Origin: Phoronis australis
Taxonomy: Eukaryota > Animalia > Phoronida
Assembly (NCBI GenBank): GCA_002633005.1
Contig: NMRA01000350.1
Location: 255,642-319,641, forward strand
DNA: 64,000 nucleotides
Reading direction: 5' to 3'
The translations under genes were made by a program, and so were the position numbers. Positions within the stretch are counted from its first letter, which is position 1, and every line of letters begins with the position of its first letter. Of the stretch, positions 28,901 to 40,875 are shown piece after piece. The notes beneath the pieces are model-generated. The model was not told the origin of the DNA and did no database searches. It worked only from the letters and a program-made list of their open reading frames with translations.

Positions 28901-31415
28901 TGATGAGAATTTCTAAAAGGGAGTGAGTAAAGTTATGAGTGGGCAAAACTGGGCGAAAATGAGGGAGAAAGTGAAACCATGGAAGTGAGCTATTAGGGGC
29001 AATATTGAACAATTAGTTTAGAATCAACAATACAGAAACAAAGGACGTCTAGAATCAGTTCTGCCACACATAGTTGCAATAGGTTCATTTGACTGAGCTG
29101 CAAAAAAGAATCTTAGTCTTTAGGTTTTCCGTCATCCATATTGGGTGTAATTGGTATGAGAAATTGTACACAGCCGAGGCGGCCAATTTCATCATTCTGG
29201 AACAGTTCGACAAAAGCGTTTCGTAGAGGATGTAAAATATAACCGGATACGTAATGTTGGCAATATTCATGAAAATGAGGACAGATTAGAAGCGCAAAGT
29301 ACATAGGATGTCTTCAACTGAAATGTCAACAAACCTGTATTTATTCATAGCTAGTGCACAAAGTTTTACTTCTAAATTTTCAATACTTTATTAAAAAGGT
29401 ATCTTTACTCATGAAATTCCGTTTGAAATTAGCTGCAATGATTTGTCAGATAGTTTCGTATAAGGTTGCCATGGCATCACTGGTAAGATGTATTTTTACA
29501 AGACAAAAAGTTACAAGTTTAGTGGGAAGCCCCAGGTGCGAGCCATGGTCGGACAGTTTAAGAAAACTAATAATTCTCACTTATGCAATGTTGCAGATGT
29601 TTTTTGTGCGGAAAACCAGATATGTTTATATATATCCACTATCATGTCTATTGGATTGACATGTAACAGAACCTTGTCCTTGAATTGAAACAATTTAAGA
29701 TCGGTTTGGACTGAAAGAAATTCCTCATTAGTGATAGAGTGAAGTTTTAATAAAAAGTTATAAATAATAAGCGGTGATTTCGAATTGGGTCCTGGGCTTC
29801 TACCAAAAGAATATCAGACAGGTCTTAATGATTATGGAGGTTGGGGTTGTTCCTAAATCACCACCATGCCATGCAGTTTGATCTAAAATCAGGTACTAGG
29901 TGAATATTATTAACGAATGTGTCGTAAAAGCTCTCAACACCATCACATTTACGCGCTCACGCACTCAAAATGAAGACCAAACACAAGCATATAACTGCCT
30001 TTATCTTCCACCACGATTCGTTCTTCACCCGTCCTAGTTCTTGAACTTGATCTCATTCTGTTTTGCTAAAAGTTTGTACTGAGGGGACGACCCAAAGATG
30101 GGTTTGTATAATCGTCTGCTACGAATTTAGTTAAGAAACAAAATTATGTTGAAACGATTCCGTGACGCCAATTTCTACTGCAAATTCTCACCAAGTCCAA
30201 TGCGATTTGCGATAACGTAAAACTCTTACTTAACTCTGACTAGATTTTACCTAAGATTCATCATTCAACAGCCGCCAGCAATTAATGATCTTTGACAAAC
30301 TGCAATCATTCGTTACAGACCGACAATCAGGCCTATTCACTCATTCACTCACGGGGATATCATTTTAAACGGCGTTGTTCTTCAGTGGCAAATTTGCTCC
30401 TGTTTCTAATCACGTAATTGTGCTAAACTTCGTCATTCTTCGATTTTCTCTTTGAGAGTCACAAACCTTTTAGTTTGAAAAATTGAGGCAATGAACTTGA
30501 GCGACATTTCACTAATGACGGAAATAGTATTGAAATCCGATTATGGGAGAAACTTGAACAAACTGCGATGACAGTAAAACAGTTGCACAATCACATTTTC
30601 AAGGGCTGCAGGTCGTTAGCTATTAAAACCAAAGAATGTTTTCTACTTTACGTGTACAATGTGTTTGTGTCACGTTACTTAAGTTACTGTATGGTCCTTC
30701 AAAGCTGCCTAGTGTAGCCAACTGCGCCTAATACAAATGAATCGACTTCGATCTTGTTTTCATAAGTCACTAATTGAATGAATACAACACAGTCTAATTC
30801 GGTTGAGAGAAAAGTTTTATTGACTGAAAAGCACGAGTACAGTTGGAAATTACCATTTATGCTTGGGGACTTCACTTCATTTAGTGCGAAAAGGAAATAA
30901 TTGCCACGTAAATGCTCAACCAGGGTCATAGTATTTTGATTTCAATCACAAACATGGTGACAATGACGAAAGGGGGAATGGGGAATAATGATGATGATGG
31001 AGATGAAATTTTTGGCTTGAGTCGTCAGTGATGACGATAACCATGACAAAAAGGAAGTACAGTATCTGAAAACGATGATGGCAATGACGATGATGACGAG
31101 AGCTGTGATAATTATGTCAGCTGTGATAGTGATGACGATGATGTTGTTGGCGGTGTTTACAATGGTGGTTATATTGATGAGGAAAAATGATAGCGGTGTG
31201 ATTAAGGCGTTAGCGGCGGTGATGAGGAACTCGGATGAAGTAGGTGGTGATGATATTCAGTTGTAATGGCAGAGGTGATAGTGACTGTTTTGTTAATAAT
31301 GATGAAGATGGTTGCGGTGGTTGATGATGACCGTAATGATAGGAGTCTTGGTGATAATCATGACGCCGATGATGAAGGTTGTTACGATGATGGTGGTGAT
31401 GATGATAATACTGAT

Positions 31416-31726
31416 TATGATGCCTATAATGGTGACGAGTGGTGATGGGGATGATGCCTATAATGGTGACGAGCGGTGGTGGGGATGATGCCTATAATGG
31501 TGATGAGTGGTCGTGGGGATGATGGCTATAATGGTGACGAGCGGTGGTGGGGATGATGGTTATAATGGTGACGAGTGGTGGTGGGGATGATGCCTATAAT
31601 GGTGACGAGTGGTGGTGGGGATGATGCCTATAATGGTGACGAGTGGTCGTGGGGATGATGGCTATAATGGTGATGAGTGGTCGTGGGGATGATGCCTATA
31701 ATGGTGACGAGTGGTGGTGGGGATGA
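31416..31726. repeat. 34-bp minisatellite, about 9 copies (gatgatgcctataatggtgacgagtggtggtggg), within a GAT-rich low-complexity tract from ~30985
   Basis: Period of 34 is directly visible (for example 31450 and 31484). Confidence 0.95.
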
Positions 31727-32304
31727 TTCTGAAGATGTTGATGTTAATGGCTGTGACAGTGGTATGAGAATAATTGAAACGACTAGGAACAACTGCGGAT
31801 CAATGGGTTTCAGTTTAATGTGAAGCGATCGTTGAAGTTCTTATTCGGTACATAATCACAGCAAGTGACCGTGTAAAAAGCACGAATGACTTATTGGTAA
31901 TCGACTCTTAACAAAAATACAACACCATTAACAAAGAACCTACACTCTCATGCCAATTCATGTATTGAATTTGTTCGTAATAGGTTACAATGGGTCAGTT
32001 GTTTTAGCCTTTGTAGGTGCATTGATGTTTGTTGTTGTAAAGATAATATGTGATTGTTCTTGTATTATGTACGCTTTGTAGGTCGCAAATAATGCATGTC
32101 CCTATGATTTCCGGTGTAGTACACTTGTCCGCTATCTAAATTGCAAATCAGGTGATGAATATATGGATTGAGCTTTTCACGTTATTTGAGGGGAAGCCAG
32201 AGAGCTTTGCGAGAACCCAGTCTTGCAAAACAATCGTTTTCAATGTATTTTGGAAGCCCGTTCCAGGCATTCATACTCATGCTGTAGATGAGCCAGGTTT
32301 CTTT

Positions 32305-32628
32305 CAGTGGCGGATCTAGGATACCATAAGGGGGGAGGGCCAACATGTTGCCTCGGACAATTGGGCAAAGCGCGATGGTATGCTCAGGCGCCCGAAAAGT
32401 TGGCGGGGACCGGCGATGCGACCCTGGTACCCCCAAAATCTATCGGTGGACTAAAAACAAAAAACCCAACACGATTATGCCTGAGCATCCCCTCCCCTTC
32501 CTTGTCCGCTGCCATTCCTTGTTGGTAATGACATCCCATATTTCCGCACGCTTCACGCTGTTGCTGTTTAATTTTACTTGCACCAGCCAGGGGGGAGCGG
32601 GCCCCCTGCCCCTCCCTAAATCCGCCAA
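32305..32628. mobile_element. MITE, CAGTGGCGGAT…ATCCGCC family
   Basis: Imperfect terminal inverted repeats and a GC-rich interior. The same end sequence occurs at 36050 and 53723. Confidence 0.7.
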
Positions 32629-35169
32629 CAAAAGACTTTTGTTCGTTTTAACCCAAGTAGGCGAGGCTCGAATACCGAAATTAGCCAGATTTTACCATTT
32701 CGATACACTCGGACATAGTTCAATTTCATGTGTGCTTTGTGCTCAACCATGGACTATAATACACCACCGCCAATTTCGGAGTAAAACTATAAAAGATCTG
32801 TAATGTTACTTTTAACCACTAGTTGGCGCTCCACCTGCCATTCGCTTGGACGCACTAAAAAGCCAGACAACACTTCATCAAATCTGCAACATTTCGTGAG
32901 TCCGCGCTCAGAATAAAGTAGTCCGCCCAGTGGATGTTGAAATTTCAAACTTGAAATCCCAAAAATTGTAAAATATGCTATAAGCTTGCAATTGCAGCAA
33001 CGTATCAATACCCCAAAAATGTTTTGTACGGTCTGTAAATGCGCTATTTCTTAAAGGAGCATGCCACCCAAAAAACAACCTAATTTGTATCAATTTAGAT
33101 CGAGTAGTTCTACTCCATAGCGACACGCATTGTTGCGTTACCTGACACTTGACGGCAGACGGAGGTGTTGAAATTATCCAATGACGTCATCGGTTTCACA
33201 CACCGTTTGTTCAGCAGTTCACAACACGGGTTACTGATGTCAGCTCATCATTTGAAGTCATCGTTTAACACCAATAAATCATCAAACTTCGATGTAAAAT
33301 CCTTAAAAATACACAGAGTTCTTATAAAACGTGTTGTTTTATTTCGCACTTACGGATTTATTGGTATTTGGACACACCATAGCCTACAAAGTTCGGCAGG
33401 CCAATAAGGTTCCCGCGTAGCAGGAGTCTGGGGTGTGTTCGGAGATAATTTCGAAGTATTTTCAGTGATATACACCTAGATCTGTATTGTTTAGATTTGT
33501 GATTTTTTGAGTTCTAAACACAAAACGCTTGTTATCCTGGCCAATGGCTCAAAGCCCGATCAGGCCCGTCGCGGCCAGCCGGATTGACTCGTTATCCCGG
33601 CCAGTGGCTCGGAATCTGGTCAGACATCACGAACGTAAACCAGCCAAAGTACAGTGGAAACTGAACTTCCAGTCAAGGAAATACTATACTAGTGAGCCAA
33701 AGTAATGTGCAGGTGATTATGAAGGCCACTGACACCGGAGATGTTTCACGGCCTCATACTTGCTATTTACAGCGTACATTTCATTCTTCACTACCATGAG
33801 CCACTTCCTAAGCATTTCGGACTCTCGAGGAAGTAAAAAAACGATATACCCGCTTTCCTCGCAGCTGCTTATTCGCACATGCGGGAACGATGCACTGCAA
33901 TATAGCCGCATTCACTCTGCATATGAACCACTGACGTCGCTAGCGTCGTTTCTCACTTTCCTCACAGGTTAACGCGACACCTCTTGGCAAGGCAAGATCG
34001 ACCTTATGCGAGGCGATGTGGATATAGATCGACTAAGACGGCAAAAAAGACTAATTAAATCAGGTGGCATTCTCCTTTAAGGTGTGCAACTATTGGAACC
34101 GGTCTCATGTGACACAAAATATTCGAGGAAACTTAATAATAAATAAGATTCAGTCAAACAAGTCACAGGCGCATTCACATAACAGGACAGCAGTTAGGAC
34201 ATCTGGAATAAAAATGACGTAGTTGTCGTTAAAATGTCTCCCTATTCGCCAATTAAGGCACATTTTCGTTCCACTCGCCGCTCCTTATAAATAAACTGGC
34301 CTTGAGAGTGGATTTGGGTTGATTCCGTCAGTTGATGTTATTGTTTAATATATGCAGTTGGAACCAACAGTCGCGCGCTGGTTGTCAAACGTAGTTACTG
34401 TAGTCGTGACCAAAGTCGTCGAGTTAAAGAAAGAAAGGGGTAATCAACCATTTCAACAACTCACTACAACGTGAACTATTATATATATAGCATACCAGCC
34501 TTATTTACGAGAGGCGATGACGAAAGCACCGCTGTCTGATTCCTTGCCTAAACGCTAGATGTCGTAAAGACTGTGAAAGAGTCTGGCATTGATGTAGCCT
34601 CTTTCCAGCCTCCAGCGCGAAGTCGGTTTCACGGAGGCACTGCCCGGTCTCACTGCCTCCTCCAATGCTATACATAACGCCTAGACTCTGGAAGCAACTT
34701 TCCGACAGATTACAACAATGTGGTACCACAACTTTTTAAAAGAATTCTGGGTTGTTTGAGGGGGGTTTGAAGAAAACGTTATATACAGCGGAACGTAGGT
34801 GATCTTTCTCATTACTGACGTGTTCACAAACACAACCAAATCTATAGGCGGTGAACGTAGCCGGCGGCTACATTACTTCCTTCGTGCAAGCCGGTAGTTA
34901 GCGAGTAAAAGTTCATGACTGTATTCGTCTTCTTGTGTTGAATGTCACGTGAGTTGAGTTGCCTTGTGACATGTAGGTGTCGCTCAGTGCTGCACATTTA
35001 CCAAGGATCTGTTGTCTAACGTTTCAGATTGTGCACCGAGCTGTTTTCTAATGCCATAAAGAAGATTTTAAATTTCAATTAGAAAACCAGAAAATGAAAA
35101 ACAAACGTTGTTCAGAAACGCTGGACAAGAACACCGTCAGTTATGTAAATGTGTAAAGCGAATTTCAAA

Positions 35170-36948
35170 CTGTACCAATCGACTTGATGGCAAACATCGT
35201 CTTCCTTGATCGTTTTTTGGGGATGAAAACGCGCAGTAACCACTGTTTGCGTATTTTAGGAAAACGTGTAGTAACCACTGTTTGTGTATTTTTGGAAAAC
35301 GCGTAGTAACCACTGTTTGCGTATTTTAGGAAAACGTGTAGTAACCACTGCATCGGGCCTGCGCTTTTTCTTATTTAACGTTCCAGCTGTGTTTCTTTAG
35401 TGTTCAGTAAGTGCAACAGCTAATTAAGTCGTTCTTTTTACCAACCACATGCGACTTGTCTGATTAGCATCGATTTTCAGATTAAAACCGCACCATGATT
35501 AGTCTTGCTCCGATGTCGCGAGCATGTAGACTTAATGTTCCATTTTAATTTCTGTTCGCAGTACCTGCTATTAGACGCTGTGGCACAGGGGTACTTTATT
35601 TTACAAGTCCTACGGTGACGTACCTCCAATGCGACCACTTTTTGTGCGGAAAATGGAATACAGTTTTGATCGATTAATACATGTATTTATACGATAAGGT
35701 TAAAAAAGTAAAGAAAATTGTTTGTTGCGCTACAAACTGACGTTTCATTAGTAATCTCGGGAGGGGGGTTGGGGGAATGGCATTCGGGGGAATTAGGCAA
35801 TGTATGAACATTTCTTCCCTTCCGTCGCGCTCCACTTTTCATTATTAAGGCGATAACGCACCCGAGTGACGGAATTGTTTTTGAATTTAATTTTGTTCAT
35901 AGCTGCTCTGTCTGTCAATGTATGTTTTCATTTTGTCCTGATTTAAATAGACTTGGATTTTGTCACTTGTTCTTGCTGTTTTATCCCAACGAATTGAAAA
36001 ATATTTTCAGTAAATGGTGCTTACATCTGGCAACGCAGTTGTTTTTATTCAGTGGCGGATCTAGGATATCANCTGCACCAATCGACTTGATGGCAAACAT
36101 CGTCTTCCTTGATCGTTTTTTGGGGAGGACAACGTGCAGTAACCACTGTTTGCGTATTTTAGGAAAACGCGTAGTAACCACTGTTTGTGTATTTTAGGAA
36201 AACGTGTAGTAACCACTGTTTGTGTATTTTTGGAAAACGCATAGTAACCACTGCATCGGGCCTGCGCTTTTTCTTATTTAACGTTCCAGCTGTGTTTCTT
36301 TAGTGTTCAGTAAGTGCAACAGCTAATTAAGTCGTTCTTTTTACCCACCACATGCGACTTGTCTGATTAGCATCGATTTTCAGATTAGAACCGCACCATG
36401 ATTAGTCTTGCTCCGATGTCGCGAGCATGTAGACTTAATGTTCTTTTTAATTTCTGTTCGCAGTACCTGTTATTAGACGCTGTGGCACAGGGGTACTTTA
36501 TTTTACAAGTCCTACGGTGACGTACCTCCAATGCGACCACTTTTTGTGCGGAAAATGGAATACAGTTTTGATCGATTAATACATGCATTTATACGACAAG
36601 GTTAAAAAAGTAAAGACAATTTTTTGTTGCGCTACAAACTGATTTTTCATTAGTAATCTCGGGAGAGGGGTTGGGGGAATGGCATTCGGGGGAATTAGGC
36701 AATGTATGAACATTTCATCCCTTCCGTCGCGCTCCACTTTTCATTATTAGGGCGATAACGCACCCGAGTGACGGAATTGTTTTTGAATTTAATTCTGTTA
36801 ATAGCTTGTCTGTCTGTCAATGTATGTTTTCATTTTTACCTGATTTAAATAGACTTGAATTTTGTCACTTGTTTTTGCTTTATCCCAGCGAATTGAAAAA
36901 TACTTTCAGTAAACGGTGCTTTCATCTGGCAACGCAGTTGTTTTTATT
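35170..36948. repeat. ~880-bp direct tandem duplication (35170-36049 and 36073-36948), each copy containing a 35-bp tandem array
   Basis: Near-identical copies separated by a 22-nt MITE end and an N at 36072. Confidence 0.95.
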
Positions 36949-39260
36949 TTATCGTAATTTACATATATTTTTCTTGCTCGGCTTTCAAATATCCTAAAAC
37001 TATCAGTTTTCTAGCAAGGATCGTATTCCTTCAAAATATCTGTAAATACAAGTTGAACTCATATATTTTCAATATATTTAACCAATGCAAAAACGGATTG
37101 TATTCAATAGATACTTGGATACTGCACATGACAGTGTTTTTACATCAAAGACGTGATTTTAACGGGGATCCATGTAACATCTACAGTGTAAACTTTGCTT
37201 TTGTCGACGTGACGGCGCGGTTTTCTCCGTGAAGAATCGCGATTAAAAATCACGGTCACGTGACTACAAACGTTCGAACATTATGCTTTATGCATACATC
37301 ATTTTTCTGTGGTAATCAGAAATTTCAAAATATGTGGTTTTATGGACGAAAAGGTAACACCAGAAAGCGTATTGGTTATTTCAAGCAAGATATTCTTTCC
37401 AAAAACGTTGGTGTCCTTTTCGTTCCCCTTGATGATCATCGTTCCCTGTGGTTAGCTACTAGTAGCAAAAAGTCGTTCACATAACTCATTTAGAGATTTC
37501 TAGTCTATTCTAGAACACTTTTATTCTGCTGGGATTCGCTATGTGCTCCACCTCGAGTCGTGCACTCATCTTGTACTTACGCGATTTCATTTGACACCTA
37601 TAGATGGAGCGCCGAAGAATCTCAATCCTAATCAATATTTGAATCTTGTTTTAAAAGTACCGCAGACTTGATGTACAAGTGTCTTGCGTAACTTAACGGT
37701 TTTGTGTTGTTACACAGCGTATACTGAATAACAGTCTCGGTGATATACATACGAGGAACTAAAGTCACATTAACGTGTATAAAAGAAGTTTTCTGCGATC
37801 ACAAGGTAACCGCTCCCGGATCAATGCACTGCTGGCGGAGTTAACTCCCACTCGTTTACGTAGACCGTATTTATCTGGTCATAAAATCATTGGGAGCAAA
37901 TGACTGACAGCCAAAGGTGAGAATAATTGCAAGAAAATCGCAGAAGCATCACAAATTTTACTATTTTCTACCCCTGCTCAAAGTTAATAACATTAAGAAG
38001 TCACTCCCATCCAACAATATTCGCCAAAACCCATTTCGGCCCGAAAACCGAGTGTGCAAAGGTAATTTTTTAATACTTTAATGAGACAAACTTGGTAAAA
38101 ACAGGAAATATGCATTGTTGAAATTTACAATAATTAAAATCAATCATCTGAAATACTGGTTTGTTCAGGTACAATCGATTATTGAAAGATTAATTATTAA
38201 TTCTTCACTCCTTTTTCTCAGCGTAAGTGTTAGTAAGTCATTCCCGCAAAGTGTTTAGACTAATAAATGTCTGGTTTCCTGGGGCTATTGTTTCAACAAA
38301 GAAGGGACATTTGTAACGGTATACACTTGTGCGGCACATAAAATATCAATTTCGATCAATATGTAAAGTGAGCAGTTAGATGATTTCTTTGGTGATGACA
38401 AATTCATTGAAAAGTGGCGTGCACAAAACTATAAGCCCCTAAACCCAAACTCTTGTCGTTAACAAAGACCAACTACTGACATAGTTGATTGCAGTGACGT
38501 TGAATACCAGTATACCTCCAGAAAAATCTTTTGATATGGATATAATGTTTTGTAACTTTAAGTTAACTTTTGTTCAGAGCAATGAACATAAGACTTGCAT
38601 GACTTTAACAACAATAAGAAATGAAGTGTCATTCGAATCGATTTTTGAAGTAGGGTTCATTACACGGATTAAAAATTGGCCATTTTTCACATGTTGTACC
38701 AAAGAACTGATTGTGAAAGAGTTACGTTACTGTACTTGTCTACAGCGCATCAACCTGTGTAATCAGTTTTAGTGCCCCATCAATGCGTCATAACCAGCCC
38801 GAGATCCCAACAAAATCGCAAAGAAATTCATACATGTAGAACACTGCACAAAGATTGCTAAGCGATTTTCTTTGGGGTTTACTGTTAACTTAGTACGTAG
38901 GAGGGTGAAATCAAGAATTGGACAGAACATACTCTATCTTGCTTGCGCCAGCTTGAAAATTAACATGAACATTTAGCATCGACGATTTCAAAGTCATAAT
39001 TGGCTTGTAAATTGTAATTCGCTTTCTACGATGCACGCTTTGGGCGCGAAGTAACTTCGTAACTTGTTATGTAGCTGGGAAATAATTTATCGATTAATTC
39101 TCAGAAGCAGGTGCATTTAAAGTGAAACTCAATAGCTGCAGAAGTTACTTTACTAATGTGTTGAAGCTGAGTTAGGGTGTGAGAATAAATAAATAAATCA
39201 CAGACATTGTTTCGTAATAGATTTGAATGCATTAACAGAATCACATATTTACCCCAGGAC

Positions 39261-39640
39261 CCGGGGTCTAATCTTTCTACTCGGAATCGATCTAGAAATA
39301 ATTATTTTTTGACCTGTCACGTTTTACTTTAATCATTAGACAAGTGTCTTTTTATGTGCTGGAAATTGTTTTTGTTTACGCTGATCAGTGTCTAATTCAA
39401 ACTCACAATTGATGACTGTAGATTCGATCTACAAACTCAAATGAAAACGTCAAATTTCGAGTAGTGAAATTTCAAATTTAGATTTGAAACTTATCGCGTT
39501 ATTGCTGGGGCCATCACGTGTAAGCTAATATTAGACAGCCATCCGCCTAAACCAAAGTCTACTCGACCACAGAATAATACACGCTTATCTTGAGTTCGTT
39601 CAAAGGTGGAACGGAAAATATCTTGCGAGTTCTATTTCGA
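39261..39640 (+). mobile_element. Degenerate MITE-like repeat, related to 50835-51191
   Basis: Shares the gtctaatct…tactcg.aatcga.ctag start and the ttatct.gagttcg…gtggaa.g.aaaat segment with the 50.8-kb copy. Confidence 0.5.
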
Positions 39641-40823
39641 CTACAAAAAAATAGAACGCAGTCCCTGGATAAGAGTTCACGCAGCATTACAGAGATACAC
39701 AAAGATCATGTTACAAGGCAACATTACAGGATGAGTGAATAGAATCTTGGTCCCGCGTTGTCGAAAGTCGTACGCGTGAGTCGACGTACGTAGCTAAAAC
39801 GTTCCTACACACGTGATTTCAAACGTGACACCGTTCTTTTAGAGAAACAAAACGCTGCTGCTAAGATAACTTATACGTTAGAGTTGATGTGAAGTGTGTA
39901 AGTAAAGTATCAAAAGTAAAGGGTAAGGCAGTCTTATACTACAACTACTGAGGTGTACGAGCTTTGATAGACTGTGCCGTGAAGTACTAATGGTCGTACG
40001 ACCTGTCGTAGCACAGACTTTCGCCGACATGTGATTGTGAAGGCAACGCCGTGGTCAGTGAGAAAAGACACGTTCCTAACGTAGATTTCACCTTAGTCGC
40101 TATTTAAATATTTGACATCCGTTTTGATAAATCACTTTAACAACTTCGTGCCTGTAAAAATATAACCTACGGCGATATTGCGTACAAGTACTTTCGATAT
40201 AACAAGCCAAACTATCTGGAAGTTTAAAAGTACAAAACTATCGCATAATCAGCAAACTTACTTAAGATCGGTCTTGTTATTGATTACGATGCTCATTATT
40301 CATTAGGGTCGTTTTTACATTAATAAACGCATTAATCACCGTCTGTTGATCAAAGACGTCGTTAATATAATTAGATGAAGGAGTCGGCTAGTGGACACAG
40401 ATTAACTTCTTGAAGCAAATACTTAGTTGGTCCGTCGACAGTTCTGCTGACGTCCACCATTTCGTTGTTCAGTTTATTTTTAATGGACGAAATTCTGGTC
40501 GATTATGTAAAGTCAAAGGGGGTATTCTTAATCGCCAAGCCGCACAATCGATGTGAGGCTGCCGCAATGACGCTTTGATTTCTTAGCAATCGCAACTCAA
40601 ACAGGAGCTACGTCTTTCTCTAAGGACTGTCACGGTGGCATGGCTGCTCATTTTCAGCACGAGGCCGTTTTATTCCAACTCAGGATGCAAGTACCCAGAG
40701 AGCGCGTCTTTAAACGTTCCAGAGATAAAGGCCTTGCTTTGTGGCACGATTTTAACTACGGTGTGCACAGTTCGGAATGACTGTTGCGTGACTTTTGATG
40801 ATGACTTCGACAAACCTCCCCGG

Positions 40824-40875
40824 ATGGAGATGGATGCCGTCATTATGCTAACTATGCTCGTCATCGGATGTCTGG
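40824..40875 (+). CDS. nAChR proximal signal-peptide exon 1c (MEMDAVIMLTMLVIGCL-G)
   Basis: Hydrophobic signal-like peptide with donor TGG|gtaata in phase 1. In frame with 44042, giving a 1461-nt CDS (486 aa). Confidence 0.75.

Noticed and set aside
31416-31726. 34-bp regular repeats resembling a CRISPR array or a coding repeat
   Set aside because: No unique spacers, the unit is not a multiple of 3, and the context is eukaryotic. It is a minisatellite.
32190-32290. Minus-strand peptide NAWNGLPKYI resembling a LINE ORF2 tail
   Set aside because: Too short to call without a profile search.
33796-33967. ORF ending …LASFLTFLT-G|gttaac as another phase-1 first exon
   Set aside because: The donor is weak, the leader is long and polar, and the site looks more like a polypyrimidine acceptor. 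Insufficient support.
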